Shown: positions 8,237 through 18,546 of the stretch, piece by piece
How the letters are laid out: every line of letters starts with the position of its first letter
Numbering within the stretch: position 1 is the stretch's first letter
Source: Acidimicrobiales bacterium
Lineage (GTDB): Bacteria; Actinomycetota; Acidimicrobiia; Acidimicrobiales; Bog-793
Length of the DNA stretch: 64,000 nucleotides
Assembly: GCA_035532075.1 (NCBI GenBank)
Contig: DATKRV010000006.1
Span: forward strand, 5,739 to 69,738
Reading direction: 5' to 3'
Program-made: the position numbers and the translations under genes
The notes under the pieces: model-generated
The model's input: the letters and a program-made list of their open reading frames with translations, nothing else
Told to the model about the DNA's origin: nothing
Database searches by the model: none

Positions 8237-9536
8237 ATGGTGCGGTCAGTTCGCCATAGAGCTGAGCGGTCTTTGGATGAACGCCATGAAGTGGGTTACC
8301 GTCGATCTCGAGGATGAGGGCAAGCTGTCGAAGCGTCGATTCGACGCCGGCGCGATTGCCAAGCGCATCTGCCGCGCGCATCAGGAGGCGATGCAGTCGT
8401 TCGTCAAAGGGACACGCGCGCAACGCCTGCCGCGCGGCCCATGCGCACAGTTCGGGATCGTTGTCAATCAGCGCGAGATCGCCGAGTCGGAGCGCTAACG
8501 CGGCTATCTCGCGTTCGATCTCCGCGAGGAATCCTTCGAAGACCACCCACTGTCCCTGGGCGAGATCGTCAAATGGACGACCGCGCACGAGCGCCAGCGC
8601 GTCGCGCCAGTGCTCTTGGTCGTCAGACTGCGCAAGTTGCTGGAAGTCTCTCCAGTCACAGCCGAAGTCGACGAGGAGATGGCGCTCACCACTCCTTCGA
8701 AGTCGCGGACGACCGTCGTGGGCAAAACCGACGATTCGTCTTGCCTCGGAGAGTCGGTTGGCGATTGTCTGCAGGGGCACTCGACGGTCAGGCCACAGTG
8801 CAGTCGTCCAGATCCTGCTTGTCGCACCCTCTGGATGCAACGCGAGAAAGACGACGAGTTCAGTGAGTTTTGGATGCCGCTCGAGCGGATAGTCGGTGCC
8901 CGACAGCATCACCGGACCGAGCACCTTGATGCCAACGTGAGAACTCCTCGGACTCTGGTCAAAGAGGGTCTCTGATTGGACCGGTACAGGTTGCGCCTCC
9001 GGATCGTTAGCACGAAATTCGGAGCGTACGAAGAACTCGCGTCCACCGGCCTCGTCGAACGCGACCAACGCCTCGGCCCCGATGTGTGAGTTGAGCGAGA
9101 GCACGCGCACCGTTACCGATTCGGGAACGAGCAGACGCAGCCTGGCGATTGCATCCTCGTCTTGGTCCATCGCCAGAACGAGCAGTGATGTCGTTGCGTC
9201 GCGTAGCTGTGCGAGGCCGCCGTCGGCTCCGCTGATCTGTCCGATGAGCATCCGGGCACTCTCGAATGAGGGGTGGTCGAGCACTCCGGGAAGCGAGAAG
9301 ATCTCGGCGTGCTCACGACATGAATCGGCAATTTCGACGAGAAATGCCGCCTTCGCCCCGTCTGGTCCGATGCAACCGATCCGGGTAAAGGGGCGAAGGT
9401 CGACGATGCCCGACGGCTCTCTCACTGGGATCTTGGAAACAGGTGCGCTCTTGTCCGGGTCCGGTATCGTTGGAGTTCGCATTCGACAGTGCTCCCGTCG
9501 TCGTTCGCCGCCCGTACCGACATCGCTGTCGGGCAA
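8223..9536 (-). CDS. SARP-like transcriptional regulator (winged HTH + BTAD) with an unassigned ~200-aa N-terminal domain
   Basis: GIKVLGPVMLSG...HPKLTELVVFLALHPEGATSRIWTTALWP (OmpR/SARP-type wHTH), followed by a BTAD-like region WRDALALVRGRPFDDL...LHRLLMRAADALGNRAGVESTLRQL. Confidence 0.7.
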   Translation of the reverse strand: MPDSDVGTGGERRREHCRMRTPTIPDPDKSAPVSKIPVREPSGIVDLRPFTRIGCIGPDGAKAAFLVEIADSCREHAEIFSLPGVLDHPSFESARMLIGQISGADGGLAQLRDATTSLLVLAMDQDEDAIARLRLLVPESVTVRVLSLNSHIGAEALVAFDEAGGREFFVRSEFRANDPEAQPVPVQSETLFDQSPRSSHVGIKVLGPVMLSGTDYPLERHPKLTELVVFLALHPEGATSRIWTTALWPDRRVPLQTIANRLSEARRIVGFAHDGRPRLRRSGERHLLVDFGCDWRDFQQLAQSDDQEHWRDALALVRGRPFDDLAQGQWVVFEGFLAEIEREIAALALRLGDLALIDNDPELCAWAARQALRACPFDERLHRLLMRAADALGNRAGVESTLRQLALILEIDGNPLHGVHPKTAQLYGELTAPSSRE

Positions 9537-9716
9537 CGCTTGGAGCGATCCTTCCGGATCTGCATACCGCTAGTTCTACCGTTTTGACCGGCGATGCGCA
9601 ATCATTTTGGCCGTATGCAGGTGCGCTCTCGCGGGAGGGAGGGCGTGAGTCGCACCGAGAGATCCGCCATCGTTGGCTGCTACAATGGTTCCGAACTTGT
9701 GCGGGATGTCGTTGGG

Positions 9717-9750
9717 GAACGTGGGCTCGCGCCCACGTTCTTGTTTTCTC
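9717..9750 (+). terminator. Intrinsic terminator/attenuator in the leader of the rimP-nusA-infB operon
   Basis: 10-bp perfect stem GAACGTGGGC/GCCCACGTTC, loop TCGC, then TTGTTTTCT. It lies 63 nt upstream of the rimP ATG, and no plus-strand gene lies upstream of it. Confidence 0.5.
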
Positions 9751-9812
9751 CGACTCCGTCGCTGCGCTGTCGGATGGTTGGCCCATGACAACTGAAAAAA
9801 GGAGGTGGCCAA

Positions 9813-10394
9813 ATGTCAGGAGACCTACAGACGCTCGAAGAGGCCATCTCCGGGCTCCTCGACGGGATCGATGTCGACCTCGTCGATGTCGAGTTGCGCC
9901 AGGGCGCACTCTGTGTCACGGTGAGTCGCCGCGACGGTCTCGATTTCGAGTCGCTCGCGCTTGCCTCGCGACTTGTCAGTGACTTTCTCGATGCCCACGA
10001 CGAGCTGACGCCCTCCGAGCCATTTGAACTCGAGGTCTCAAGTCCTGGGCTCGAACGAAAATTGCGACGCCCGCAACACTTTGCCGAGGTGGTCGGACAG
10101 GTCATCGCCGTGCGCACAACGAATGCTGCACCGGGCGAGCGACGCGACGAGGGAGAGCTTGTGCGCGCCGACGAGCGGGGCATCTCCCTCCTATCGCTGA
10201 GCTCCAAGACGGTGCGCGACCTCTCCTACGAGATGATCGACAGAGCACACACCGTTTTTGACTGGAAGGCAGCACTCGCCAAGGACCAGCGTTCGCGTAC
10301 ATCCGAGACGGTTGAACCGGACGACTCCACATCGGCACTGGACGGACGCGACAACACACTGGCGGGAGCGCCGAAGAGGGAGGTCGAGAGATGA
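9813..10394 (+). CDS. rimP: Ribosome maturation factor RimP
   Basis: ELEVSSPGLERKLRRPQHF motif; GGAGGTGG RBS at 9801-9808; ATGA overlap with nusA. Confidence 0.85.
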   Translation: MSGDLQTLEEAISGLLDGIDVDLVDVELRQGALCVTVSRRDGLDFESLALASRLVSDFLDAHDELTPSEPFELEVSSPGLERKLRRPQHFAEVVGQVIAVRTTNAAPGERRDEGELVRADERGISLLSLSSKTVRDLSYEMIDRAHTVFDWKAALAKDQRSRTSETVEPDDSTSALDGRDNTLAGAPKREVER

Positions 10395-11620
10395 CGACAA
10401 CGAACTTCGAATTCCTAGAGGCGCTGCAGCAGATCGCGCGCGACAAGGGCATCGCGGTGGACACACTGCTTGAGGCACTCGCGAACGCGCTGGTCGCGGC
10501 CTACAAGCGGATGCCGTCCTCGGCGGAGGAGGCCTTCGTCACGATCGACTCTGATTCGGGCGAGATTCGTGTCTATGGCCAGGAGCTCGATGACGACGGC
10601 AACGTCGTGCGCGAGTGGGATGACACCCCGGACGACTTTGGTCGTATCGCAGCCCAGGCAGCCAAGCAAGTCATCTTGCAGCGCATTCGCGAGGCCGAGC
10701 GTGACCTGAAATACGACGAGTATGCCGGGCGAGAGGGCGACATCGTCACGGGGATCATCCAGCAGAGTGACAATCGCTACACACTTTTGGACCTCGGAAA
10801 GGTCGAAGCCCTCCTGCCCCAGGCGGAGCAGGTGCCTTACGAGCGCTACGACCACGGCGCGCGCCTCAAGGCTTACATCGTCGAGGTGCGAAAGACTGCC
10901 AAAGGTCCACAGATCGTCGTGTCACGATCTCACCCCGGTCTCATCCGCCGTCTGTTCGAGCTTGAGGTGCCCGAAATCTCCAACGGCGTCGTCGAACTCA
11001 AGGCGTGCGCGCGTGAGCCGGGGCATCGGACGAAGATCGCCGTCTGGTCGAATGATTCCAATGTCGATCCAGTTGGCGCGTGTGTTGGCGCGCGTGGCGC
11101 GCGCGTGCGGATGGTGACCAATGAGTTGCGTGGCGAAAAGGTCGACATTGTGCCGTTCTCTGACGATCCTGGCGAGTTTGTGGCCCGTGCGCTCCAGCCT
11201 GCAAAGGTGCAAGAGGTACGTCTCGATGAAGAGACTGGTACGGCGATGGTGATTGTGCATGACTACCAGCTCTCGCTCGCGATCGGGAAGGAGGGCCAGA
11301 ACGCGCGACTCGCCGCGCGGCTCACCGGTTGGCGGATCGACATCAAGTCCGAGAGTCAGCTCGCCGATGAGGAGTCGGGTTACGCATCCGAGGCTTGGGC
11401 TGAGGGTGAGTGGATCGAGTCCGCCGACGGATCGATGGTCTTCCAGCCCGCCGGAGGGGGAGAGCCGATCACGATGGAGAGCTGGCAAAAGGGCGGGATT
11501 ACTGCACCCGTCCCGGAGCAGGTTGACACGGCCTTGGTCCCTGCAGAGGTTGCAAAGGTTGCAGAGGTTGCAGAGGCGACGGTCGAGGCCGGCGACTCTG
11601 GCGCGAAGAGCGAGGCATAG
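10391..11620 (+). CDS. nusA: Transcription termination/antitermination factor NusA
   Basis: S1 and KH regions ([28 protein letters not shown]; [25 protein letters not shown]; [20 protein letters not shown]) and a conserved operon position. Confidence 0.95.
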   Translation: MTTTNFEFLEALQQIARDKGIAVDTLLEALANALVAAYKRMPSSAEEAFVTIDSDSGEIRVYGQELDDDGNVVREWDDTPDDFGRIAAQAAKQVILQRIREAERDLKYDEYAGREGDIVTGIIQQSDNRYTLLDLGKVEALLPQAEQVPYERYDHGARLKAYIVEVRKTAKGPQIVVSRSHPGLIRRLFELEVPEISNGVVELKACAREPGHRTKIAVWSNDSNVDPVGACVGARGARVRMVTNELRGEKVDIVPFSDDPGEFVARALQPAKVQEVRLDEETGTAMVIVHDYQLSLAIGKEGQNARLAARLTGWRIDIKSESQLADEESGYASEAWAEGEWIESADGSMVFQPAGGGEPITMESWQKGGITAPVPEQVDTALVPAEVAKVAEVAEATVEAGDSGAKSEA

Positions 11621-11626
11621 CGGGCA

Positions 11627-11929
11627 ATGATGGCTCGTCCGGTGCGCACCTGTGTCGGTTGTCGTCAGCGATTCGCCATCGAAAGCCTGGTGCGGATCAC
11701 GATCGACACCAGGGGTCAGCTCGTCGTCGGGGGATCCAGTGATGGACGTGGAGTCTGGCTCTGCGCTGGTACGCAAGAGTGTGCGCTGCGGGCTGAGCGG
11801 TCGGGGGCACTCGGTCGGGGGTTCAGGGCGACCGTTGCGCCAGAGCGTGTGCGGGCTCTGATCGAGATGCTCTCGGACAAGCGGGAGAGGTCGAATTGCT
11901 CGGGGCGGCCGGGCACAGTTGTCTCGTAG
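11627..11929 (+). CDS. ylxR: YlxR/DUF448 family RNA-binding protein
   Basis: PVRTCVGCRQRF...GRGVWLC motif; lies between nusA and infB. Confidence 0.8.
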   Translation: MMARPVRTCVGCRQRFAIESLVRITIDTRGQLVVGGSSDGRGVWLCAGTQECALRAERSGALGRGFRATVAPERVRALIEMLSDKRERSNCSGRPGTVVS

Positions 11930-12008
11930 GTGTGCGAGGATAGGAGTACGGCTTTGGCCGTCTGAGACGCGTATCACGTGGATGCGCTGAGAAGGGACTG
12001 TCGAGTAG

Positions 12009-14840
12009 TTGGCGAAGAAGATCCGCGTCTATGAGCTTGCACGCGAGCTTGGACTTACGAATAAAGAGGCACTCGACCTCTCCATTGCCCTTGGAATCGG
12101 CGTCAAAAGCCACTCGTCGTCGATTGAAGACGCACAGGCAGACCGCGTTCGCCGCAAGGCAAAGGCCGAGGGGCTCATCCGCGAGGTTCAGCCCGAGGAA
12201 CCTGCTCCGGCCAAGAAGGCACCCGCCAAGAGGGCCGCAGCGTCAAGGGCAGCCACAACGAAGGCAGCCGCCCCGAGCGCTCCCGATCCCCTCGCTCTGC
12301 CCGGCGTCATCGAACCCGAGGTACAAAAGACGGAGCGCCGCGCCGCCGCTGCACCTGCAGCGGTCCACGAGAGCCCCTTCGCACCGCCGGTCCTGCCCGA
12401 CGAGGTCGCGCCAGAACACCGGGTTGTGCGGAGCCGTCCAGCCAGCCAGATGAGCGAGACTGCGCATCACGTCCCCGAACGCCCCCTCCCACCGCGCGCT
12501 CCTTCGGCACCGCCGCGCGGCACGGTGCCCGGTGCGCCGGAGAGCCAGCGATCGATGCCTCCGGCTGCCGCCCAGTCCCGCCGGCCCCTGACGAGCTCGA
12601 CCGGCCGGCCGATCCCACCTCCCCCCAATGGACCACTTCGGTCGGCGACCGGACGTCCGATACCGCCGCCTCCCGGCGGAGGTCGCCCCAGCACGCCTGC
12701 ACCGAGTCGACCGACCGGTCCTGGCGGATCGAGCCGTGGTCCGCGGCCGACGGGTACTCCACGTCCCGGTGGTACCGGAGGCTCGCGCCCAGGCGGTTTC
12801 TCGGGCGGGTCATCGCGGCCGGGAGGTTTCTCGGGTGGCGCCGGTAGCAGCCGCCCTTCGACGGGAACCTCGGGGATGCCGGGTCGATCGGGGGCGGGAG
12901 CTGCCGGTGGACCGCCGAGTGGACCTCCCCGCGGAGGACCGGGTAGTCGCGGCCGACCGCCGCAGCGGCGGACGCAGCGTCGTCGCCGCAACACCGAGGA
13001 GCTCGAGCCCTACCAGCCCGTCGTCTACAGCGCCTCGAATGCGCCGGTGCCCGAGAGCGAGGTGATCATCGAGCGAGGCTCGACTCCGCAAGAGGTCGGC
13101 CCCAAGCTGAACCGGTCCTCGGGCGATATCATCCGTTTTCTCTTTCTCCAGGGCGAGGTGGTCACGGCGACCCAATCCCTCTCGGAGGACATGATCGAGC
13201 TCTTTGCCGCCGAGATCGGCGCGCGTGTCAAGCTCGTCGATCCCGGTGAGGAGCAAGAGGCCGCCCTTCAGGCGCGTTATTTTGCCGACATCGATGAGGA
13301 GGAGGATGCCGCGACGCTTGTTCCGCGTCCGCCGATTGTCACCGTCATGGGACATGTCGACCACGGGAAGACCAAACTGCTTGACCGTATCCGCCAGACC
13401 AATGTTGTTGCCGGTGAGGCGGGGGGAATCACCCAGCATATTGGCGCCTATCAGGTCAAGGTGGGGGATCAGGCAATCACCTTCATCGATACCCCGGGTC
13501 ACGAGGCGTTCACGGCGATGCGCGCGCGTGGTGCTGAGGTCACCGACATCGTCGTGCTTGTCGTCGCGGCCGATGACGGCGTGATGCCACAGACCGTTGA
13601 GGCGATCAATCACGCCAAGGCGGCGGGTGTACCGATCCTCGTTGCAATCAACAAGATCGATCGCGAGGAGGCCGATCCGAACCGCGTCCTCCAGCAGCTT
13701 TCGGAGCATGGACTTGTTCCCGAGTCCTGGGGTGGCGAGACGATCACCGTCGAGTGTTCTGCGCTCCAGGGTCTTGGCATCGACGAGCTGCTCGAACAGA
13801 TCACCGTTCTGGCCGAGGTGCTCGAGCTCAAAGCATCTCCAGAGGGACCCGCCCGTGGCACCGTGCTTGAATCGAACCTCGAGGTTGGACGTGGACCGGT
13901 GGCGACGATCATCGTCTCTGCCGGCACGCTGCATGTCGGGGACGCGCTTGTCGCAGGCTCCGCGTGGGGAAGGGTCAAGGCGCTGATCGACGACAAGGGT
14001 GACCAGGTCAAGATCGCGACACTATCGATGCCCGTTGAGGTGCTTGGACTCTCCGAGCCTGCCTCAGCCGGGGATGAGGTCCGTGGGACCCCCGACCAGG
14101 CGATCGCGCGCACCATCGGCGAGGCGCGAGAGCAGCGCCAGCGCTTTGCCGGTTATGGACAGAACGCAACCGCGCAGGGCTCCGGGTCAAAACTCGAGGA
14201 CATCTTCGAGCAGATCCAGCAGGGTGGCACGGCGACTCTGACACTGGTGCTCAAGGCCGATGTGCAAGGTTCGCTCGAAGCGGTTACCGAAAGTCTCCGC
14301 AAGCTCGAACGCGATGATGTCAAGATCGCCTTTGTCCACCGCGCGGTTGGCGGTATCACCGAGAATGACGTCACGATCGCCGCGGCATCGGGCGCGACGA
14401 TCATCGGTTTCAATGTGCGACCCGATCGGCGATCGCGCGAACTCGCAGTGACACACAAGGTCGAGATCCGAACCTACGAGATCATCTACAGGCTCATCGA
14501 AGACCTTGAGGCAGCCATGCTCGGCATGCTTGCACCGACCTTTGAGGAGATCGTGACCGGTGAGGCGGAGGTACGTGACATCTTCCGCGTTCCGCGCGTC
14601 GGAGCGATCGCCGGATGCTACGTGCGGAACGGGACGATCACGCGCGGATCCAAGGTGCGCTTCCTTCGAGACGGCGTTGTAATCTGGAAGGGCGCGATCT
14701 CTTCGCTGCGCCGGTTCAAAGATGACGTGCGCGAGGTTCAGACAGGTTTTGAGTGCGGAATCGGCCTCACCGACTTCCAGGATCTCCATTCCGGTGACAT
14801 CATTGAAACCTTCGACGAGCGTGAGGTTCCGCGCACCTAG
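12009..14840 (+). CDS. infB: Translation initiation factor IF-2
   Basis: TTG start. IF2_N ([12 protein letters not shown]), a Pro/Gly-rich linker and G-domain motifs [20 protein letters not shown]. Confidence 0.95.
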   Translation: MAKKIRVYELARELGLTNKEALDLSIALGIGVKSHSSSIEDAQADRVRRKAKAEGLIREVQPEEPAPAKKAPAKRAAASRAATTKAAAPSAPDPLALPGVIEPEVQKTERRAAAAPAAVHESPFAPPVLPDEVAPEHRVVRSRPASQMSETAHHVPERPLPPRAPSAPPRGTVPGAPESQRSMPPAAAQSRRPLTSSTGRPIPPPPNGPLRSATGRPIPPPPGGGRPSTPAPSRPTGPGGSSRGPRPTGTPRPGGTGGSRPGGFSGGSSRPGGFSGGAGSSRPSTGTSGMPGRSGAGAAGGPPSGPPRGGPGSRGRPPQRRTQRRRRNTEELEPYQPVVYSASNAPVPESEVIIERGSTPQEVGPKLNRSSGDIIRFLFLQGEVVTATQSLSEDMIELFAAEIGARVKLVDPGEEQEAALQARYFADIDEEEDAATLVPRPPIVTVMGHVDHGKTKLLDRIRQTNVVAGEAGGITQHIGAYQVKVGDQAITFIDTPGHEAFTAMRARGAEVTDIVVLVVAADDGVMPQTVEAINHAKAAGVPILVAINKIDREEADPNRVLQQLSEHGLVPESWGGETITVECSALQGLGIDELLEQITVLAEVLELKASPEGPARGTVLESNLEVGRGPVATIIVSAGTLHVGDALVAGSAWGRVKALIDDKGDQVKIATLSMPVEVLGLSEPASAGDEVRGTPDQAIARTIGEAREQRQRFAGYGQNATAQGSGSKLEDIFEQIQQGGTATLTLVLKADVQGSLEAVTESLRKLERDDVKIAFVHRAVGGITENDVTIAAASGATIIGFNVRPDRRSRELAVTHKVEIRTYEIIYRLIEDLEAAMLGMLAPTFEEIVTGEAEVRDIFRVPRVGAIAGCYVRNGTITRGSKVRFLRDGVVIWKGAISSLRRFKDDVREVQTGFECGIGLTDFQDLHSGDIIETFDEREVPRT

Positions 14841-14914
14841 CGGCAATGGTTCATCTGGTCCCTTGCCCGATTGAGAGGGATCTGTTCATGTGATCGACAG
14901 GAGGCGGGTCCACC

Positions 14915-15298
14915 TTGGAGCGTTCACGCAAGAAGGGTCCGCAGCGCAACTATCCGCGCACCGTGCGCGTCAACGCACTCTTGCATGAGGTGCTCGCAGA
15001 GGCTCTCGAAAGGCTCTCCGATCACGACGAGAGGCTGTTGCTGACGACCATCACCGGCGTCTCATGCGATCCCGATCTGCGCCACGCGCTTGTCTTTCTC
15101 TCGTCGCTCGACGACGAGAGATCAGTGGCGCTCGAAGATCACCGACGCGCGCTGCAGTCGGAGGTCGCCGCGCAGGTGCGTCTCAAGCGCATCCCCTCGC
15201 TCAAGTTTCTTGTCGATCCTGCGATCGTCGCGGGCAACCGGGTGGAAGAGGCACTGAGACGCGTCCAGGAACTCTCCAAAGAGGGGCCAGATTCCTGA
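14915..15298 (+). CDS. rbfA: Ribosome-binding factor A
   Basis: RVNALLHEVLAEAL and VRLKRIPSLKF motifs; TTG start with a GGAGG upstream; follows infB. Confidence 0.85.
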   Translation: MERSRKKGPQRNYPRTVRVNALLHEVLAEALERLSDHDERLLLTTITGVSCDPDLRHALVFLSSLDDERSVALEDHRRALQSEVAAQVRLKRIPSLKFLVDPAIVAGNRVEEALRRVQELSKEGPDS

Positions 15299-15299
15299 T

Positions 15300-16283
15300 A
15301 TGGGCCGGCGCCCGACACGCGCGTCCCCCGGGGGTGTGCAAGAGATCGATGGTTATGTCGTGATCGACAAGCCCGCCGGAATCACCTCGCACGATGTCGT
15401 TGCACGCGCGCGAAGGTTGCTGGCGACGCGCAGAATCGGTCATGCCGGAACGCTCGATCCGGGCGCTACCGGGGTATTGGTCCTTGGAGTGGGTCGGGCG
15501 ACGCGACTGTTGCGATTCGTGAGCGACCAGCCAAAGAGTTATCGAGGGGAGATTGTCTTCGCGACGACGACGTCGACGTTAGATGACGCGGGAGAGATCA
15601 CTGGACGTTTCGAAATGCCCAACCTCGAGCCCGAGCGAATCAGCCTCGTGGCGCGTCGTTTTGTCGGCACGATCAAGCAGATTCCACCGATGGTCTCGGC
15701 GATCAAGGTCGATGGCACCCGCCTCTACGAACTCGCGCGAAAGGGCATTGAGGTCGAACGCGCGCCGCGCAGCGTTACGATCACCCGCTTCGACCTCGAG
15801 CCGACAAAAGACCGCTTCGTCTTTTCATTCGTCGTCGACTGCTCGTCGGGAACCTATGTGCGCTCGCTCGCCGCGGATCTCGGTGCGGCGCTCGGTGGAG
15901 GTGCACACCTGCGACGACTGCGAAGGGAGGGGATCGGACCGTTCCGTCTTGACGGCGCCGTCGTCCTCGATGCTCTCTCGCGAGATGACGTCGCGCCAAG
16001 TCTCGGATTGGTGCGCCATCTCGATCGGATTGTTGTCGATGACCGATTGATCACGGACATCGCGCACGGGAAGATTTTCGAACGTCGCGCCCTCGAAGTT
16101 GTCGGTGACGGGCCCTGGGCGCTTCAGTCGAAGGACGCGCGACTGCTTGGTGTCTATGAATCTTGGACGACCGAGCGGATCAAGCCTGCAGTGGTGCTGC
16201 TTGATGCAGATGAACTTGAACGATCTAAATCGGCGGACCCCGAGTTGACGCCCCTCACCAAAGACAGCCCGGACGGACGATAG
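15300..16283 (+). CDS. truB: tRNA pseudouridine(55) synthase TruB
   Basis: VIDKPAGITSHDVV and GHAGTLDPGATGVL (catalytic Asp), plus IPPMVSAIKVDG. Confidence 0.9.
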   Translation: MGRRPTRASPGGVQEIDGYVVIDKPAGITSHDVVARARRLLATRRIGHAGTLDPGATGVLVLGVGRATRLLRFVSDQPKSYRGEIVFATTTSTLDDAGEITGRFEMPNLEPERISLVARRFVGTIKQIPPMVSAIKVDGTRLYELARKGIEVERAPRSVTITRFDLEPTKDRFVFSFVVDCSSGTYVRSLAADLGAALGGGAHLRRLRREGIGPFRLDGAVVLDALSRDDVAPSLGLVRHLDRIVVDDRLITDIAHGKIFERRALEVVGDGPWALQSKDARLLGVYESWTTERIKPAVVLLDADELERSKSADPELTPLTKDSPDGR

Positions 16284-16295
16284 GGTTTTGAACGT

Positions 16296-17129
16296 ATGAG
16301 CACTGCGACCGAATCCGGGTCCTTAACTGGCGAACGCAGTGTCGTCACGGTAGGTACCTATGACGGAGTACACCTTGGTCATCGACGGCTGATCGAGGAG
16401 ACGAAACGATCGGCTCGCGAACGCGCATGTCGAAGCGTTGTCGTGACCTTCTCGGTGCATCCTTCGAAGGTGTTGCGTCCATCGGCTCCGGTGCCGCTTT
16501 TGTGCACGCTCGAGGAGAAGATCGACCTTTTGCAAGAGACCGGCATCGATGAGGTGGTGGTACTCGAGTTCGACCGCGACCGCGCACATGAGAGCGCGGA
16601 GGATTTTGTGATCCGCGACCTCGTCGGACGACTTGGCGCTGTCGAGGTTGTGGTCGGATCGAACTTCCGTTTTGGTTTCAAGCGCCACGGCGACGTGGCA
16701 CTGCTGCACCGGCTTGGCGAAGAGTACGGATTCGTCACCACAGGGGTCGACCTGGTGCTCGATGACGAGCACCACAGTGTGGTCTCTTCGACGCGTATCC
16801 GCGCGCTCATCGCCAACGGAGCGATGCGCGAGGCGCAACATCTGCTCGGTCGTCCCTATCCGCTCATCGGCATGGTCGACTCCTCATCGGTGATGCATCT
16901 CCCGAAGGAGCTGCTCATCCCACCCGAGGGCACCTATCTCGTCTCGCTCTCCGCGGGGGGCTCCGCGCGATCGCACGGAGTTCAATCGGTACGAGGCACT
17001 GCACGGATCACCGATCGGGCGACAGTCACGCTCGGCGATCTCGTCGCCGGGCGCGGTATCGACAGGGAGAGACCGGTTCGCGTCGCCTTCGAGGGCGATC
17101 GCGAGCCAGCAGTCGAGGGCGATCGGTAG
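16296..17129 (+). CDS. ribF: FAD synthetase (RibF-like) with a degenerate riboflavin-kinase-like C-terminal half
   Basis: N-terminal nucleotidyltransferase motifs VVTVGTYDGVHLGHRRLI and VVTFSVHP. The C-terminal half keeps LLGRPYPLIGMV but lacks GFPTAN. Confidence 0.75.
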   Translation: MSTATESGSLTGERSVVTVGTYDGVHLGHRRLIEETKRSARERACRSVVVTFSVHPSKVLRPSAPVPLLCTLEEKIDLLQETGIDEVVVLEFDRDRAHESAEDFVIRDLVGRLGAVEVVVGSNFRFGFKRHGDVALLHRLGEEYGFVTTGVDLVLDDEHHSVVSSTRIRALIANGAMREAQHLLGRPYPLIGMVDSSSVMHLPKELLIPPEGTYLVSLSAGGSARSHGVQSVRGTARITDRATVTLGDLVAGRGIDRERPVRVAFEGDREPAVEGDR

Positions 17130-17138
17130 ACTCGGGGC

Positions 17139-17648
17139 GTGGCAATCCATCGCATCCGTCAGTTCGGCGATCCCGTCCTGCGCCAACGCGCGCGCGAGGT
17201 CGAGAGCGTCAACGGCGCGCTGGTGCGCCTCGTCGAGGATATGTACGAGACGATGTACGACGCACCTGGGGTTGGTCTCGCGGCGCCCCAGATAGGTGTC
17301 GAGCGACGTCTCTTTGTCTATGACGTCGGAGACGGGGCACATGCCGTGATCAATCCCGAGATCGTCGAATCCTCGGGCGAGTGGTCCTATGACGAGGGAT
17401 GTCTTTCGATTCCCGATCTCTCCTGGACGGTGGTGCGTCCGGGCTCGGTGCATCTGCGTGGAGTCTCACTCGATGGCGAGGAGATTGACATCGAGGCCGA
17501 TGAACTACTCGCGCGGTGTTTCCAGCACGAGATGGACCATCTCGATGGGATCCTCCTCGTTGAACGACTCGACGAGGAGCAACGCAAGGCGGCGATGGCG
17601 ATCCTTCGGCAGCGCGCGCTTGACGTCGCGATCCCCTCGCCACGTTGA
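17139..17648 (+). CDS. def: Peptide deformylase
   Basis: Motifs GVGLAAPQIG, EGCLSIP and QHEMDHLDG. Confidence 0.9.
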   Translation: MAIHRIRQFGDPVLRQRAREVESVNGALVRLVEDMYETMYDAPGVGLAAPQIGVERRLFVYDVGDGAHAVINPEIVESSGEWSYDEGCLSIPDLSWTVVRPGSVHLRGVSLDGEEIDIEADELLARCFQHEMDHLDGILLVERLDEEQRKAAMAILRQRALDVAIPSPR

Positions 17649-17661
17649 GCGCGAGAAGACG

Positions 17662-18546
17662 CTGAAACGCCTCGCGTTCTTCGGCACGCCCGCGACCGCG
17701 GCGGCGACGCTTGTGGCGCTGATCGATGCGGGACACGAGATCGCCGTCGTGGTCACCAACCCGGACCGGCGAAGGGCGCGGCGCGGCGAGATCGAGCCGA
17801 ACCCGGTCAAGCTCCTCGCCAAGGCTCACGCGATCCCTGTCCGCGAACACCCGAGTGATGTGCTCGAGTTCCCCTGCGATCTCGGCGTCGTCGTCGCCTA
17901 TGGCCAGTTGATCCGGACCGATGTGCTCGCGCGGCTTCCGATGGTCAACATCCACTTCTCCCTCTTGCCGCGCTGGCGTGGAGCGGCTCCCGTCGAACGG
18001 GCGATTCTCGCCGGTGACCAAGTCACCGGAGTCTGTCTGATGCGACTCGAAGAGGGACTCGACACCGGAGCGGTCTATGCGCGTGCTACCACGGCGATCG
18101 ATCCCGATGAGGGTCTGGTCAGCCTGCGCGAGCGCCTATCAAGTTTGGGCACCGCGCTCTTGCTCGAAGAACTTGGTCTTGGCGACGCGGCATTCGCGCA
18201 TGCCGTTCTCCAGACCGGCGAGGTGAACTATGCGCACAAGATCGGAGTCGAGGATCGACATCTTGATTTTTCCGAGCCGGCGGTCATCGCCCAGCGGAAG
18301 ATCCGCGTCGGTCGCGCCTGGACGACCTTTCGTGGACGACGCATCGTCATCCACGAGGCGCGCGTTCGAGACGGGCACGAAGGCGCCACGGGGGGGCATC
18401 CCGGTCTGATCGTCGCCGATCACGTCCTTTGCTCCGCGGGCCTGTTGGTTCCACTCGTCGTGCAGGCCGAGGGGCGATCGCGCATGGACTTTGCCACCTG
18501 GCTCGCCGGAGTGAGACTCAAGGAGGGTGAATCGTTCGAGCCGTGA
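17662..18546 (+). CDS. fmt: Methionyl-tRNA formyltransferase (start uncertain; CTG 17662 proposed)
   Basis: LAFFGTPATAA and HFSLLPRWRGAAPVERAI motifs. There is no in-frame ATG/GTG/TTG between the def stop (17646-17648) and the conserved N-terminus. The track start (17389) lies deep inside def. Confidence 0.85.
   Translation: MKRLAFFGTPATAAATLVALIDAGHEIAVVVTNPDRRRARRGEIEPNPVKLLAKAHAIPVREHPSDVLEFPCDLGVVVAYGQLIRTDVLARLPMVNIHFSLLPRWRGAAPVERAILAGDQVTGVCLMRLEEGLDTGAVYARATTAIDPDEGLVSLRERLSSLGTALLLEELGLGDAAFAHAVLQTGEVNYAHKIGVEDRHLDFSEPAVIAQRKIRVGRAWTTFRGRRIVIHEARVRDGHEGATGGHPGLIVADHVLCSAGLLVPLVVQAEGRSRMDFATWLAGVRLKEGESFEP

Noticed and set aside
9594-9788. A 64-aa ORF in the rimP leader
   Set aside because: It has no RBS, an Arg-rich unconvincing sequence, and it spans the terminator hairpin. 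The region is better explained as non-coding leader.
12300-13000. Pro/Gly/Arg-rich repeats (RPIPPPP x2, SRPGGFSGG x2) and overlapping alternative frames
   Set aside because: This is the normal low-complexity linker of actinobacterial IF-2. The overlapping frames are by-products.
17389-17661. The track start for fmt, giving a 385-aa ORF
   Set aside because: The first ~90 codons lie out of frame inside def and lack Fmt similarity. The conserved Fmt N-terminus begins at about 17662.
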